From the NCBI GenBank assembly GCA_964016885.1, contig OZ024742.1, positions 132,060,001 through 132,124,000 of the forward strand: a DNA stretch of 64,000 bases, read 5' to 3'. Source of the DNA: Eledone cirrhosa (taxonomy: Eukaryota). Positions within the stretch are counted from its first letter, which is position 1. Every line of letters starts with the position of its first letter. Made by a program: the position numbers and the translations under genes. Shown here one piece after another: positions 61,283 through 64,000 of the stretch. Below the pieces are notes generated by a model. It did no database searches, was not told the DNA's origin, and saw only the letters and a program-made list of their open reading frames with translations.

Positions 61283-63452
61283 CAACACTATTCCGAGAAA
61301 ATCCACAAAAGACCTCCTGTCATACTTTCTTCATCGCCGACACTCCACTACCCTACTTGAACCCCGACATAGAATCTATCACACTCCAACTGTACCATCA
61401 TATACCTATCACTCTTCTTACCTGTTCTATTCTATGTTCCTCTTACGACCTCTTTGCTTGAGTTATAGAGAGCCCTTCGTTCCTTATAGAGAGCACTTCG
61501 TATGCCTGATAACCGTCCAAGTTACGATGCTATGTGGTGATTGAAGTAACGCATGGAAACGAGATGCTCTCCTCCGAGTCGTTGGAGAGATCAAAATCCC
61601 CGTTTGAGTACTGACTTGCTTTGTGACTACAGGTATACCAGGGAAAACGAACTTTAAATTATGATGATGATAATGATGATGGTAATGATGATGATGATGT
61701 CGGACGTATATGATATTGTAATATATTATATAAGTATACTATATTATGTTATATAGCGCATGGATTAACAGCGATATTCAATCGTCTATCAAAATTATTC
61801 GCATTTCATTATTCCGGCATTTTGCAAGCCATTCACAAATCTCAATTAACTTTGCTTTGCATTTAACTCTTCTGGTGTCGATAAAATAAAACACCAGTCA
61901 GACTTTGGGGTCGACTTAAACCGATTTTCCATTCCCTATAAATGTCTTGGCTATCTGTCTGAATTAGGAATGATTATTGTTTTTTTGTGATGGTTGGGTT
62001 GGCGACGTTCACTCGATGTTCTAGTACTAGAATTCAATTGTTTATAAAACCATATGCTACCGATTATGAAAAAAAACACAAAAAAAAAAGGAAGTATGTG
62101 TAGGATATTGTACTCCTAGTGATTGTGCTACGGAAATCGTGAAAACCACACTGAATTTATATATATATATATATAAAATACCTTTGATCATAGATGTGCT
62201 CTATTTGGATTGACTCGGGGCTAATATTCAACCCAAAGATGGAGAAATAACAAATAAAGCCAAAAATAAAATATGACAAACATAAAACAAACCCAATAAC
62301 TTCATTGGTTCTTTCTCATTACTGTTTATTATTCCCATTTTGTTTGTTTGTTTTTATATATATATCCAATTTACTCACTGTCCCCAATTACGTTAAATTA
62401 TGAAAAGGGAGTAAGCCTGGCCATTTTCTCATTCCCTCTAATAGGCGTCTTTGAAAACAATACATAAAAAAAATCGTTGGTAATAAACTTCTCTCAATGA
62501 ACAGCTAAAGAAGAATATGGGTTCGTAAGTCATCTAATTATTTGTATTATTGGTCTTTCGCCAACATTATAAAGATGTTGGAAGCCAGCCATACGAAAGA
62601 TTCGTAGTAATTACCCTTTTTCCTTCAGCCTTCATATATATGTTTCCTTATATATTTGGGTTCTTGTGATGATCAGTTTGTATACTTGAATGTATGTATA
62701 AAAGTAAGTTTCTAATGTGTCCATTAAAAGTTAAGTGTGAAGGTGACTGAAGATATATTATAGTAGTGCTTCCGGTTTTAGCGTACGTGTATGTTACCTT
62801 TTGAAAATATGTTTGATATTCTGTGTATGGTTGTCTCTATGTATGTGTGTGTGTAAGTGAGTGTATATGTCTGTATGCAAGTGTATTCGTCTTTTGTGTT
62901 TGACTGTATGTTAGTGTGTATATATGTGTTTGTTTTGTGTATGCGTCTCTAAGCAAATAATTATATAAACATATTTGCAAACACTAAGTCCACTAAGGGA
63001 CATGGGTATGCTGCTTGCTTCTGTGTTCGATCACACAGCGAGTCTCGAAGGGAAAATAACTTCTATCTTAACAAGGATTCGACAAATGGCATGTGATTCA
63101 AAATAGATTTAATGGCTATATAGCAACATATTTTAAATTAGAAGCATTGCCTTCAATAGAAGGAAAAGGAAACACTTTCTATTGTTCATTCTGAATACAG
63201 AAAAAGAATATGTATATATTGAGGCTTTTAAGATATTATTATCTCTTCGACAGAATGTAACTTCCCCTATGATTCTCCTATAAGATTTCCTGCAGCTGAA
63301 TCTATATACCAGTTGGTATTTATGTCAAACGGGATTTGGAACACAATACACACACACACGTGCGGACACACACACACACACACACACTGAAACACACAAC
63401 ACACACAGAGAAACACACATATATATATGAATATTATGTTTACTTATATATG

Positions 63453-63545
<93 letters not shown>

Positions 63546-63589
63546 AATACATATATATATAGTGTGTGTGTTCAGTTATTATTGCTGGC

Positions 63590-63953
63590 AATATTATAAC
63601 AACATAACACTTGCCAGCAATAATAACTGAACACACACACTGTTTGGTTTGTGTTGGTTTTCGCTTCTGTATCTGTTATATCTCCACAGTTAATTTATCT
63701 GGCAATCAATGTTTATCATTGATTGACCAACGGTTAAAAATACAGATATAAATACATATATATAGTCAAAGTTTTTTCGTCACACATCTATGACACCATC
63801 AGTGGTACTATTATATTTCCTCCCGTTGTATTGTAATGCCTACGCCATTTTTATTTAATTTATTTATTTATTTATTTATTCTCGTCCCTGCCACTATTTG
63901 CACATGCTTTTTCCGTGTGTCTTTCCTGTTTGGTTTGTGTGTTCGTATTTGAG

Positions 63954-63955
<2 letters not shown>
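63590..63955 (-). mobile_element. pLTR of the 37.7-kb PLE family
   Basis: Homologous to 37750-38130; decayed HHR at about 63766-63806. Confidence 0.75.

Positions 63956-64000
<45 letters not shown>

Overview
AT-rich, microsatellite-saturated metazoan DNA. The SINE and repeat make-up resembles a coleoid cephalopod such as Octopus, which is an inference. No host gene is clearly recognisable, only weak candidate exons. Most long ORFs in the track are translations of (TA)n, (CA)n or (TATG)n. The window is mostly transposon debris: a decayed Helitron, two large Penelope-like elements (PLEs), many short PLE pseudo-LTR (pLTR) relics in (TA)n with hammerhead-ribozyme (HHR) motifs and fold-back ends, a non-autonomous LTR element, an internally deleted mariner, R4-, RTE- and L1/Tx1-like LINE fragments, and two tRNA-derived SINE families. 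The most notable signal is the minus-strand Neptune-like PLE (46.0-50.6 kb). Its RT-endonuclease frame has no usable AUG and overlaps an upstream helical ORF in the -1 frame, at an in-phase U_UUU_UUA slippery site followed by a hairpin, which is a gag-pol-like frameshift layout.
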